From a virus (lineage: Duplodnaviria; Caudoviricetes), in the IMG/VR virus record IMGVR_UViG_3300035499_000517, positions 193,735 through 257,734 of that record: a stretch of 64,000 bases of DNA, one strand, 5' to 3'. Shown here one piece after another: positions 41,629 to 51,785 of the stretch. How positions within the stretch are numbered: the stretch's first letter is position 1; every line of letters starts with the position of its first letter. The notes beneath the pieces were generated by a model, which saw only the letters and a list, made by a program, of their open reading frames with translations, ran no database searches and was not told where the DNA came from. The position numbers and the translations under genes were made by a program.

Positions 41629-42075
41629 ACGTGAGTATTCGCCCGTAGATTGCTCCGACCTCCGCTGATTTACGTGATGCAGTTTCAAACGTAGATACAG
41701 AGTTTTCAATAATGACATCGATATATGGTGTAAACTCCACCTCATCAAAATGAAGAATTGGTGCAGTCAAACCACGACCCATGCCGAGTGCTGCTTCATA
41801 TGAAATAGCTTTTGCGCGAACAACGATTTCATTTCCTGTAACAGGATGCTGATATCGTGTTGCACTCTTCTTTGATTTGGTAATTTTTCCATCTTCTTCC
41901 ATAATGGATTCGTAACGTAAATATACTGGTAAGCACGATATGATATCACCGAAATCTCTAAGATTTGTCTTTGCATTATCACCATCTTTATTGATGAAGA
42001 TGAATGTTGACTTAGATGTTCCAAATGAATATGCCCATGTTTGTGCTGCTAGTGCTGACTTTGTTTTACCTTGTT
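41629..42075 (-). CDS. terL: terminase large subunit, exon 2 (ATPase)
   Basis: QGKTKS Walker A half, GRGLT, LHFDEVEF Walker B. Confidence 0.88.
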
Positions 42076-42396
42076 CATAACTTAGACTATATCATCATCC
42101 GATTTCTCGGAGCCTCCCATTTCGGATTATTTCACCTACATTTCGCCCTATGATTGAGCCTACTCGGTTCAAGTATTTCTACTTGCCTTTCCCTAGTCGT
42201 TGAAGCTTCGTCTTAATTTCTTAGGATACTTGCTTGCGGATTTTCTCTATTCTTAACCTTGATTACCATATCTCCGGAGTTACCCTTTGCCCCAAGAATG
42301 TCACCACTCTTGGTTGGTAGTTAAGACATAACAAGACGTTCCCGCAGTTAAAGAGGTTTTTCCAATCCATTGCTGGATTTCGCGGCAACAAGGTTC
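42076..42396 (-). mobile_element. group I intron terL-I1 (321 nt, ORF-less, atypical)
   Basis: AACTGCGGGAA, CAACGACTA, ATATAGTC; P10 ACCUUGUU/AACAAGGU; splicing restores LPRQQGKT. Confidence 0.85.
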
Positions 42397-42796
42397 GCCG
42401 AGGTAAACAGAGCCAACTATCTAGTCCGTGTAACAAGCACCAAGTTTGTGCTATATTTCCACGGTTTGCTATATAAGGAACGCCTTCTGGAGAACCAGCA
42501 GATGGTATCCTTACAACTTCCCTTAAATAGTACCAGATATTATGTACGCACTCTATCGTGATTCTTGAAATCTGATCTTTTGTCAGATCAGGTTCATCTG
42601 AATCTTTCTTCGTCTTGAAAGGATCTACATTGACAAGATACGGATCTTTGATCTCAAGCATAAAATACCATTCTTTTACACCAAGAGTTTTTAAGTCCAG
42701 TGCAACTTGCAAGAAGGATTTATTCTTGGTACCAGTATCGTAATATCGTCCTTTAATACAGATAATCCGATTTTTCGGAGTACTTGTATTATCCAT
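42397..42796 (-). CDS. terL: terminase large subunit, exon 1
   Basis: TKNKSFL, ECVHNIWYYLREVVRIP, NRGN, LPR; spliced product 729 aa. Confidence 0.85.
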
Positions 42797-42814
42797 AGTA
42801 TCACTTCCTTTCTT

Positions 42815-42870
42815 TAAAATTAAGTCTTCGAAAATAAATGGCATTTCATCATAGGTTTGACAAGTTTTTA
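42815..42870. promoter_or_regulatory. divergent late-type promoters (- GACT-N6-TA 42815-42826; + GACA-N6-TA 42859-42870)
   Basis: Motif copies before terL and AAA ATPase. Confidence 0.45.
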
Positions 42871-42892
42871 ATATGGAAAGGAGAGTTTTTAT

Positions 42893-44068
42893 ATGAGAGA
42901 CACATTGACAAAGTCAACGTCAGATGTTCTGACAAGTCAAATTAACAAAGTAATTGACAATATGAGAGATGTGCTTCATCTTACAATATCAATATCAGAA
43001 TTTGATGAAGCATATGAGAAGTTTCATGCGGTGATTTATAAGATGAATAAAGAGCTGTATGAAAAGCATAGAATGCCTACCGTAAATCCGAATTACTATG
43101 ATTTGACATCTGGTGCACATTACACAATTCGTGTGGGAAGATTTACATGGATAGAGGTTAGTGCTGTATTAGAGGACCATTATGGAAGCAGTCATAAAAC
43201 GACATGCTTGCTTATTTATGGAAAGAATAAAGAGAAAGTCCGCTCTGTTATTTTAAAGAGAATTCTTGAGAATACAGATGATGATATTAAAATAAAGAAT
43301 TGCGGAAGATATGGAAGTACTTCTATATACCGAGTAAGTCCAAGAGCATTGAATTCCATTGTGCTTCCGATTGAGACAAAGAAGAATCTCGTAGCTGGAT
43401 TATATGGTTGGTGGAATTCAAAAGACTGGTATGAGAAACACCATTTGATTCATAAGATTGGTGTTCTTTTATATGGAGAACCTGGAACTGGAAAAAGTAC
43501 GATTGTAAAAGCAATTAGCACGATGTTTCAGAATGCTCCGATCATTATAATCAAATCAACTGATGTAGAAGATGGTTTATCTACAATTTTAAGAGAACGT
43601 GAAAAGACGGTTGGTCCAATCATTATATTATTTGAGGATTTTGATATGTTCTTTTACGACAGAGATCAAAAGCCAGCAAATACAAATCAAACAAATGAGA
43701 TGCAACCTGGCGTTGTTGTAACGACATCTGAAAGAAATAATAGTATGACAGAATCTCAGAATCTGGTATTCCAGATGTTGGATGGGAATTATTCAACTGA
43801 TGATACAATTTATATAGCTACGACCAATCATATTGAAAGGTTGGATAAAGCGCTGATTCGTTATGGACGATTTGATATTCAAGAAGAAATCAAATGCTTT
43901 GATAAAGAATTAACCATGAAGTTTTTAAATCAATTTGGTTATGGAGAAGGGTTTTTTAATAAGTATCTTACCGATGATGATTTACCGATTCAGCCAGCGA
44001 AGTTACAGGCGATGATTATGAAACATCGGTCAATGCAGATTATGAAGAAAAGAGGCGGGTTATCTTGA
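42893..44068 (+). CDS. BCS1-like AAA+ ATPase
   Basis: WY...GVLLYGEPGTGKS, ILFEDFD, LDG, ATTNH..RLDKALIRYGRFD. Confidence 0.85.
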   Translation: MRDTLTKSTSDVLTSQINKVIDNMRDVLHLTISISEFDEAYEKFHAVIYKMNKELYEKHRMPTVNPNYYDLTSGAHYTIRVGRFTWIEVSAVLEDHYGSSHKTTCLLIYGKNKEKVRSVILKRILENTDDDIKIKNCGRYGSTSIYRVSPRALNSIVLPIETKKNLVAGLYGWWNSKDWYEKHHLIHKIGVLLYGEPGTGKSTIVKAISTMFQNAPIIIIKSTDVEDGLSTILREREKTVGPIIILFEDFDMFFYDRDQKPANTNQTNEMQPGVVVTTSERNNSMTESQNLVFQMLDGNYSTDDTIYIATTNHIERLDKALIRYGRFDIQEEIKCFDKELTMKFLNQFGYGEGFFNKYLTDDDLPIQPAKLQAMIMKHRSMQIMKKRGGLS

Positions 44069-44712
44069 TTACAAAGAAATTTGAATCATTAAACGATCCA
44101 TATCCAGAAAAAGTTAATGCTAGTAGTGTGATTTCTGGATGTTTAATTGGTATTGGAGTAATTGCAAATACTGTTATTGAAAATAAGTATATTGGAGCAA
44201 TGCTATTTAGCTTAGCTCTACTTACCATTATCAAATGTGGATTTCAGTTATATACAGGAAGAATTGGATATGTACTTGATAAAAGACATCGTGTTGAAGA
44301 TTATATCTTTATTTTTCTTGGTAATTACATTGGAATATTTTTAACCTTTGTATCCTGGTACTTTGCACAGGATGAACTTACACAAATAGCCATGGAAGAG
44401 ATTGCTGATACAAAATTTTCAAAATGTTATGATACCATGTTTGTAGCTGGGATTCTTTGTGGAATACTCATGATGGTTGCAGTCTATGCAAAAGAGACCA
44501 TCATTACAGTATTCTGTATCATGACATTTATTTTATCTGGATTTGAGCATTGTATTGCTGATATTCCATATGCATTAATCACGACCTCAGAAATACCAAT
44601 GGCTGAGGTTTGTATAAAATTATTTCTGGTTATTTTAGGAAATTCAATTGGGTCAATATGTATTTATGCTTTAATTAAATTATCTAAATTAGGAGGAGAA
44701 AATCATGAATGA
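44065..44712 (+). CDS. formate/nitrite transporter (FNT) family channel
   Basis: QLYTG, FLGNYIG, GILCGILM, FILSGFEHCIAD, ILGNSIG; ~6 TM. Confidence 0.88.
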   Translation: MITKKFESLNDPYPEKVNASSVISGCLIGIGVIANTVIENKYIGAMLFSLALLTIIKCGFQLYTGRIGYVLDKRHRVEDYIFIFLGNYIGIFLTFVSWYFAQDELTQIAMEEIADTKFSKCYDTMFVAGILCGILMMVAVYAKETIITVFCIMTFILSGFEHCIADIPYALITTSEIPMAEVCIKLFLVILGNSIGSICIYALIKLSKLGGENHE

Positions 44713-45286
44713 AGAACTTGGGATGATTGGTAAACTAAGAGTCAATATTGAGACACTACAGAGTTGCTTTGCATTTATCTCACAATTTGAAGTATGGAAA
44801 AATCTTGATGATGGTTTACATGAATTACGAAAAGAAGAGGTTCGCAAATCATCTGAGAAAGCGTATGAAATTATTAAGCTTTATGAGAAGTTGGTACATT
44901 TGCATATTTGTAATGATTCCATTGATTACAATCATAATATAACACCGCTTATTTATCTTTTGGCTTGGTATTATACTGAAGAGAAGAAAACCACGTTTCA
45001 TATTCAAAATGAAATTTATGTAGTGATTGAAGCAATGGTCGTTATTATCAAACCTGATATGGATCATGATACGTTCTTTGCTATTGCTTCATTTATCATT
45101 CAAAATGCAAGAGATAGAGACGAAGCGAAGAAACTCTATTATTTATTGGAACCATATGCTCGTGTAGATCATAAACCATCAGCTGCTCCAATATCATCTG
45201 TTATTTCATTCAATGGACTTTACAGTATCGTGCATTCCATTGGTCCAATTATTACAATTGCGAAAGAAGATGGAGAAGGGAAATAA
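44705..45286 (+). CDS. hypothetical protein
   Basis: RBS AGGAGG, overlaps FNT stop. Confidence 0.75.
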   Translation: MNEELGMIGKLRVNIETLQSCFAFISQFEVWKNLDDGLHELRKEEVRKSSEKAYEIIKLYEKLVHLHICNDSIDYNHNITPLIYLLAWYYTEEKKTTFHIQNEIYVVIEAMVVIIKPDMDHDTFFAIASFIIQNARDRDEAKKLYYLLEPYARVDHKPSAAPISSVISFNGLYSIVHSIGPIITIAKEDGEGK

Positions 45287-45302
45287 TCCCTTCTCCATTT
45301 TT

Positions 45303-45779
45303 TTATTCCTCGGTATGCTTATCTTCACAATGTGAGTAGAAAATGTGATATCTTGGTTTTTCCTCATCAAAGACTTTCCAACGTATGTAATCATCAAGGA
45401 AAATTCCAATGAAAGATAGGAAGAACCACCAAATCGAGAATAACAAGCATATTTGTCCACATAAGTTATATGGCATCTGGCTATAATCCCAAACTCCAAG
45501 TTTTAACCAGAGATTTAAGATACAACCAGATATAAATTCTATTGCAGTTACAAAAACTGAAGAGATAAACATCTGGCTAATCAGTGGCATATCCCATGGA
45601 TAAAACTCATTGATCTCACCAATTCCCACAAAACAAATTCCACCAACTAAAAACATGGAAGGGTGTGAATACCCACGGTAAATGAGTTCTACCAAAACAT
45701 AAGCACAACCTCCATATAAAAATAATACGAGCATCTTAAACAGATTCTTCATATTGAGCTTCTTTTTCATATTTTTCAC
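45303..45779 (-). CDS. DUF1113 / putative ABC-transporter permease-like membrane protein
   Basis: YRGYSHPSMF, EFISGCILN, WDYSQMPYNLCGQICL. Confidence 0.75.
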   Translation of the reverse strand: MKNMKKKLNMKNLFKMLVLFLYGGCAYVLVELIYRGYSHPSMFLVGGICFVGIGEINEFYPWDMPLISQMFISSVFVTAIEFISGCILNLWLKLGVWDYSQMPYNLCGQICLLFSIWWFFLSFIGIFLDDYIRWKVFDEEKPRYHIFYSHCEDKHTEE

Positions 45780-45783
45780 CTCT

Positions 45784-46359
45784 TTAGATTAACGCATCCA
45801 AATCATCGAATGTATCATCTGCAAGCGCGGGTTTAATATCTGCCGCTGCCGGAGCTCCTTTAATTTCACTCAGACCAGCAATCATCTCAGATTTGAAACG
45901 ATTTGCTGTTGCTGAAGACTTTCTGCAGAAACGATACCAACCGGAACCGTCAAAGTAAACGGTAACCAGTAAGGTGTCAATATCATACTTGTCAAATGCA
46001 CTGTGATTTCTGAGATATTCAATAGACCGATCAATCACGTCCTTCAATCTATCCATCTGCTGTTTTGAGATATTGAAGCACTTTGAAAATTCAGACTCTT
46101 TCTTCGGCTTCTCGTGATTCGGATCTTTTGTCATATAAATGGCAAATTCCGGAATCCACTTTCCTTTCTTTAAGGTGATCGCAGTCTGAAAGACGGTTGC
46201 TGTTCTTGGAAACAACTTCCACATCTCTGAGAAGATTCTCGACATACAAGTCTGAATCTCTTTTGCGACAATCTTCCGCTCTTTCTTTTCTGCATGTTTT
46301 TCAAGAAATCCTTCTGTAAACACTTCATCGGAAGGATTCACATATAATGTCTGTCTCAT
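45784..46359 (-). CDS. hypothetical protein, possible head protein
   Basis: N-terminal VFTEG motif; RBS AAAGGA. Confidence 0.75.
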   Translation of the reverse strand: MRQTLYVNPSDEVFTEGFLEKHAEKKERKIVAKEIQTCMSRIFSEMWKLFPRTATVFQTAITLKKGKWIPEFAIYMTKDPNHEKPKKESEFSKCFNISKQQMDRLKDVIDRSIEYLRNHSAFDKYDIDTLLVTVYFDGSGWYRFCRKSSATANRFKSEMIAGLSEIKGAPAAADIKPALADDTFDDLDALI

Positions 46360-46418
46360 TTTTTTATCATCCTTTCTTTAAGAAAAGGGACCATCCTTTC
46401 GAATAGTCCCTATCTTTA

Positions 46419-46661
46419 TTAGTCATCGTCACTATCTACTGTGACTTTCTCGGTTACTTTTGCCCAGATACAAGCAGTTTCCGGTTTTGTATCGCTTACG
46501 ACGATACCACCACCGCCTAATGATTCCTCCAAGGTCGAGCCATCTGCCATGAGAACCTGACTAGCATCAGTCTCCGGATGCATTACCTTACGATCATCAG
46601 GAGCATTCACCGGGTCTTCCGGTGGAAAATATAATCTGGATCCTTCAACAACTTCTGTCAT
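46419..46661 (-). CDS. small putative tail/baseplate protein
   Basis: HPETDASQV...DG.TLE...GGIVVSDTKP...IW motif. Confidence 0.6.
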   Translation of the reverse strand: MTEVVEGSRLYFPPEDPVNAPDDRKVMHPETDASQVLMADGSTLEESLGGGGIVVSDTKPETACIWAKVTEKVTVDSDDD

Positions 46662-46677
46662 ATCTTATCACCTCTTT

Positions 46678-46923
46678 CTACCAAGTTTGATCTGCTTTCT
46701 GGAAAATTACATCATCAGGGACTTCACGTTCCCCAACTTTCAGAAAAGCAAAGTCAGAAGGCACTGCTGTTTCCATATTGGTGAGCATCTTCGGTCTTCC
46801 TAACACGTTGTCGTATCGTGTAATTGGAAACGATAATACACGAACTTTCTCACCATCAGCATTTGTCATTGTTCCCCAAAGAGGGGTGTCATAGTATCCA
46901 CCAATTGGTAATACCTGTGCCAT
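46678..46923 (-). CDS. small putative virion protein
   Basis: FPITRYDNVLG; RBS GGAGGG. Confidence 0.65.
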   Translation of the reverse strand: MAQVLPIGGYYDTPLWGTMTNADGEKVRVLSFPITRYDNVLGRPKMLTNMETAVPSDFAFLKVGEREVPDDVIFQKADQTW

Positions 46924-46937
46924 ATCTCATCCCTCCT

Positions 46938-47108
46938 TTAGTTATTAATATAAACTTTTGTAACGCCACTCGGAACCTTCATCGTTCTTGGTTCCTTTCC
47001 GGTTTTCTCTGCGATGAAATACTCCGGATTTACACCAGTCGTTTTTTCTTTTTCGCAAACCTTGACGTTTTCTACTTCATACGCTTTTGTATGCTTAAAG
47101 ATTGCCAT
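46938..47108 (-). CDS. small 56-aa protein (MAIFKHTKAYEVEN...KVYINN)
   Basis: Not in ORF track; RBS GGAGGT; fills operon gap exactly. Confidence 0.7.
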   Translation of the reverse strand: MAIFKHTKAYEVENVKVCEKEKTTGVNPEYFIAEKTGKEPRTMKVPSGVTKVYINN

Positions 47109-47112
47109 TTAG

Positions 47113-48357
47113 TTACCTCCCTACAGTATAAGTTCCAGTCTTCTCAACATAGAAGTCATCTGTTGAATCACGATTCAGTGAGAAGTTTGCATAAATATGG
47201 TCAATACCACGCATCTCATCTTCCAAGGTCTCCATTGTAGTAGGAGAACCAAGATACTGCCCTCCCTGCTCCGGATCGTATTTACGCATTAATTCAATCC
47301 AGAGTTTCGTGCTCTTCCAGTCTCTTGCAGTTGGCTCTTCAGAGGATACAACAATTCCTCCACCACTTCCAGAACCAGCAGCACGATCTAAGGCTTCTTC
47401 GTATTCCTGTAATCCCATCAAAAGGATTACTTCGGTATGATTTACCCAGTTAGGTAAATACAAATCCTGGTCTGTTGCTGTAAAGAAGAATGACATAGAC
47501 ATCGTCATAAACGAAATATCATAAGTATCTTTTACAGCATTTAACATCGTCATATCAGCATCCGAAGTGCAGAGCGTTAATCCTTCTGCTAACTTTGGTG
47601 CAGTAATATAGTTGATCTGAAGCTTTGTACTTCCAACTACCAGACGAGAATAAATCTCTGATCTTTCAAACGGCACGAAGCAAATTTCATTTGCACAAAC
47701 ATAGCCGTCTGTTGTTTCACTTTCACGCTCATCACCATTTAAGTCGTACCATGTAACCGTAAAGTTCACGATGAACTGCCCTTCTGCATAGTTAAACTTG
47801 TTATAGAGCGCTTTCTTTGCCAGCTTGTCAGCATCTGTTCCAGAGTAATCTTTATATGCAAGATTGTATCTCGCATTTAAGAACTGGATCAATCCTAAAT
47901 CCTTAGGAGCTGCATTTAACTGGATATAGAATCCATTTCCTTCCTGAGAAACACTAAAGGCTTCCGGATACAGATTCATTAATTTATCTCCAGAAAGAAT
48001 TGATGGAGTTTTACCATCACTTCGTTTCTTGAAATTCCAATCCTTTACGTCCATTAAACAGGTCATAAAGTACGTATCATTATAGACTTCATTTTCTTCA
48101 TTCGGTCTTACATAATTTTCATATGCATCCGAACGAGAACGAAACTGACTCATGAGCTCATAAACAGGAAGATTTTCCTGACTATACCACATGATTCGTC
48201 CGTCTTCTCTTCGCTTATAGACTAAGTCACCTGCCTGCTTGTCAAGCATAACTTCATCTTTTACAGCATGTTCCTGATATAAGACATCCAGGAAAGTAGC
48301 TCCAAATCTGGTATTCGGTGTCATGGACTCAGTTGCCGTTCTTGTACTATTAGCCAT
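47113..48357 (-). CDS. putative virion structural protein
   Basis: In late operon; GGGIVVSSEEP...LW motif also seen in 46419..46661. Confidence 0.6.
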   Translation of the reverse strand: MANSTRTATESMTPNTRFGATFLDVLYQEHAVKDEVMLDKQAGDLVYKRREDGRIMWYSQENLPVYELMSQFRSRSDAYENYVRPNEENEVYNDTYFMTCLMDVKDWNFKKRSDGKTPSILSGDKLMNLYPEAFSVSQEGNGFYIQLNAAPKDLGLIQFLNARYNLAYKDYSGTDADKLAKKALYNKFNYAEGQFIVNFTVTWYDLNGDERESETTDGYVCANEICFVPFERSEIYSRLVVGSTKLQINYITAPKLAEGLTLCTSDADMTMLNAVKDTYDISFMTMSMSFFFTATDQDLYLPNWVNHTEVILLMGLQEYEEALDRAAGSGSGGGIVVSSEEPTARDWKSTKLWIELMRKYDPEQGGQYLGSPTTMETLEDEMRGIDHIYANFSLNRDSTDDFYVEKTGTYTVGR

Positions 48358-51300
48358 TATCATCACCACCTTCTTTAAATTCTTCCGGATCGCGGTTACC
48401 TAATAAGAACACTCTCCAGCGTTCCTCTCCATCCGGATTCTCCGGTTTATAGTAATTATCTGGATTTAACAAATAAACGTCTTCGCCTTTATCATTTTGT
48501 ACCTTGTATAAAGTATCGATGATTTCGTAATTTGTCAGAATATCTTCCTGGTTAAACTGCAAAATACTAGGATCTAAGAGACCAAGTTCGGTAACTCTCT
48601 CATACATGAACATAGACATCATGATCGTGTAAGTATCATCTTCACGAGACCAAGGTTCTTTCTCCTCGGTATTCTCGTTTGCTGCTGTATCACCTGTCAC
48701 ATCATGAATGATGAGATTTTTATACTTTCTTTCTACGAAACTTTCTCTTGCAAGATCCGAAATCGTATAATAATCATCAAAGGAAATATCAAAGTATTCC
48801 CAATCTGTATCGCGCTGATAAATCTCCAAGTTATAGTAAGAATGAATACCAGCAAGTTTAATCTCCCATGGAGAGATCGGGAAGATATTAAAGCAATTCA
48901 AACGACGACCGTTTAAGTAGATTTCATAATAGCGGTTATCATATGGCTTATCAATGATACCACGTAAATCCACGTAATCCGAATCGAGCTGCTCTACATA
49001 GTAGATCAGACGATTTCGATATGGTGTAATATCAACAGACATCGTAGAACGTCTTTCCAATGTCTCAAGTGCACGTACTTGTAAAATACCGTTGAACTTT
49101 CTAAAGTCATAACGGTTACGAGAACGAAGTCTTCCATCGTAGAATACTCTCGTATACTCAGCGATTGGCTCTAAGTTCTCACTGTGTACGTTGAATATTG
49201 GATAACAGGTTGCCTGTGCTGTCTTTGTAAAGAAGTATGGATTCTTTGCAATTGCAATCGTAAGCTCTTTATCCATAACATCTGCTGAAATTGCTGTAAT
49301 CTTAAGCTTGTTAAGAATAGTAAAGTTTACTCCAGTATTATCACGATTGATGATTGATTCACCCTGTGTAACAACACGGTTGAAGGTAATGTAATCTTCA
49401 TCACGGTTGATTTCAAAGAGATTTGTCGTTTTCTTTACTTCGCCCTCTGTTACAGTACCGGCAGCAATCTTTTCCTGAAGCTCTTCCTTTGTGATATCTT
49501 TTTCTGATAAGTTCTGTCCTTCATAGTTGAAGTACTGACCATCTTCGTTATAATAAGCTCCAGATGATAACTTGTAAACTGTAATCAGTTCTACTGGAAC
49601 TTCATAAGCATTGTAATCATCAGAGACTACTTCTAAACGGAAGTTATCAACAGAGATACGATCCAGGCATTCCTCAGTTCCAAAGAAGAAGTATAAATCA
49701 GAAAGTGTTGCCTGTATCTCATCTGTCAAATCGAAGGTAATCACAACGCTCGGATTCTCAGCTGTAAAGGTAACAACTTCATACTGATTTAAGGTCGGAA
49801 ATACCTCAATCTCAAAATACGTTACATCATCCGGAACCTGGTCAACAGGCACATATAAGTTATCACAATACTCACTTCTTTCATAAATGAAGTTTGAAAT
49901 AAACAAACCATCTACGAAGATACGAGCTGTCAGTGTATTATCCGGATCGGGTTTTGAAATGCTAAATACATAGCAAGGCTCAATGAGCGTCTTACCTGTA
50001 CTAACACTAACCTCTGTGTAACGATTTGGTAAGTCTGCTTCTTCTGCAGAGAAATCATACTTGTTTGTTACCTGTCGTTTTGCTAATTCATAATCATGAA
50101 GAGCATTGAAGTTATCTCCGATGAACTCTTCTAATTTTCTTGTCTTGTATTCCAGAGGAGGAACCTTTCCCATGTAATTCTTCGTATAATCAATTTCATC
50201 ATAGAAGTAATTTACAATAGGATGATTTACAATGAAATCAAAGACTTTCTTGAAGTCTGCAAGACGAATTGGTCTTTGCTCTTCCAAGTAAGCAGCCTTT
50301 TCTTCCTCTGTCATTTCATTGACTGTCTTATCATACTGATGAGTTTCATCAAATTCTGCTTTCAGCTGTTCTTTTGTCTTTCCACGATTTTCCGGTTCTG
50401 ATGCCCACTCATAGAAAAGACCAAGCCTTGATTCCTCAGGGTCTTCAAACTCTTCCGGAATAATAACCTCTGCTTCCGGAACTTCTGATAACATAGAATC
50501 ATTCTCAAGATCATAATCTTCGAAATACAGCATATTGAAGATTTTCTCCAGAGAATAGTCTGGATATTTATACTTCAAATAGGAGTAATAGAACTCATAC
50601 ATATACTTGTAAGACAAGTCATAAGGCGGAATATAAAAGTAATAAACACGATACGTATCATTCTCTTCTACATCCTGATTGATTCTGTAAATATTCGGGT
50701 AATTTACCTGAATATGAGAATTTTCAATATGGGTAAAACCATCTCCACGATTCCGATAAAGAATCATATTTTCTGTTGGAACTGGCATTCCATAAAGTTT
50801 TTCATCTTTATCTGTTATCATGAAAAGATCAGACATGACCTCATCACTTGGTGAAGTACGACTCTGGATGTATCCAGATTCATAATCTCCTTCCTCTTTT
50901 CTATATCCATACTTCGGATAAAGATAACGATAAAAAAGAAATCGGATCGTTAAAGATCCGGTATAATTCATAAGTGCTTCGCGAGTCTCTTTATCATACT
51001 CGATGTAAACATCTCCATTTTCTCCAATGGAGACATCCTGTGGCATACTTCCATACTTGGAGTCACCGCAATAAACAACTGCAAACATGGAACCTGTATA
51101 GTTATTGGATAAATCCACTTTGCTTGCAGTCAAATAAGTCCCTAAAATACGACCATAAGAAGCCCCATCTTCCGAGTTTCTCATAAGCATTCCTGAATTT
51201 GTTATCAGGTCTGCATACATCGTATTATTGATAATCTGCACAGAAAACTTGTGCTCAATATACGTATAATTATTTCCAGTATCATCGAAATTCTTTTCAT

Positions 51301-51754
51301 ATAAGAAATCCCGCTTGAATGGGAAAATGATGCGGAAGTAATCATCGTAGATCATAATTTTGCAATCCCGTAAGATATGATCATCCATTATGATAACCGG
51401 AAGTTTTGAGAAGATCCTATGATTTCCTGTAATATCAGAAATACCAATCTCTTCTTTATAATAATCCGAGGTTCGATATCTTTCACGAGAACTTACAGTC
51501 ACGAGTTCGGCAGGAATATTTGCACACACGCGCTCTTGTTTGTCCAGATATAAATCTCCGAAATCTGGTTGGGACGTGACATTTCTTGTGGTATAAAAGA
51601 ACTCTTCGTAGACAATTGTGCTTCTCTGTAAACGATACAGATACGAGTACGAATTATCAACAGTCATACGAAGGGCTTTTTCTAATGCCTCACTATCAAA
51701 CGTACCATTAGTAAGAGCAGCCTGTAGAAATTCTTTACTGGATTTTGAAGCCAT
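48350..51754 (-). CDS. large putative virion structural (baseplate) protein
   Basis: 1134 aa, repeated IFVDG/VFYDGR/IYLNGR strands; late promoter. Confidence 0.6.
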   Translation of the reverse strand: MASKSSKEFLQAALTNGTFDSEALEKALRMTVDNSYSYLYRLQRSTIVYEEFFYTTRNVTSQPDFGDLYLDKQERVCANIPAELVTVSSRERYRTSDYYKEEIGISDITGNHRIFSKLPVIIMDDHILRDCKIMIYDDYFRIIFPFKRDFLYEKNFDDTGNNYTYIEHKFSVQIINNTMYADLITNSGMLMRNSEDGASYGRILGTYLTASKVDLSNNYTGSMFAVVYCGDSKYGSMPQDVSIGENGDVYIEYDKETREALMNYTGSLTIRFLFYRYLYPKYGYRKEEGDYESGYIQSRTSPSDEVMSDLFMITDKDEKLYGMPVPTENMILYRNRGDGFTHIENSHIQVNYPNIYRINQDVEENDTYRVYYFYIPPYDLSYKYMYEFYYSYLKYKYPDYSLEKIFNMLYFEDYDLENDSMLSEVPEAEVIIPEEFEDPEESRLGLFYEWASEPENRGKTKEQLKAEFDETHQYDKTVNEMTEEEKAAYLEEQRPIRLADFKKVFDFIVNHPIVNYFYDEIDYTKNYMGKVPPLEYKTRKLEEFIGDNFNALHDYELAKRQVTNKYDFSAEEADLPNRYTEVSVSTGKTLIEPCYVFSISKPDPDNTLTARIFVDGLFISNFIYERSEYCDNLYVPVDQVPDDVTYFEIEVFPTLNQYEVVTFTAENPSVVITFDLTDEIQATLSDLYFFFGTEECLDRISVDNFRLEVVSDDYNAYEVPVELITVYKLSSGAYYNEDGQYFNYEGQNLSEKDITKEELQEKIAAGTVTEGEVKKTTNLFEINRDEDYITFNRVVTQGESIINRDNTGVNFTILNKLKITAISADVMDKELTIAIAKNPYFFTKTAQATCYPIFNVHSENLEPIAEYTRVFYDGRLRSRNRYDFRKFNGILQVRALETLERRSTMSVDITPYRNRLIYYVEQLDSDYVDLRGIIDKPYDNRYYEIYLNGRRLNCFNIFPISPWEIKLAGIHSYYNLEIYQRDTDWEYFDISFDDYYTISDLARESFVERKYKNLIIHDVTGDTAANENTEEKEPWSREDDTYTIMMSMFMYERVTELGLLDPSILQFNQEDILTNYEIIDTLYKVQNDKGEDVYLLNPDNYYKPENPDGEERWRVFLLGNRDPEEFKEGGDDNG

Positions 51755-51785
51755 ATTACATGTTCACATCCTTTCTAATTCTGCT

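Noticed and set aside
17217-42844. ORFs 17217..17717 and 42263..42844 end in the identical peptide NYQPRVVTFLGQRVTPEIW
   Set aside because: Read-through of unspliced exons into the shared intron sequence in the same frame; not evidence of a protein tag
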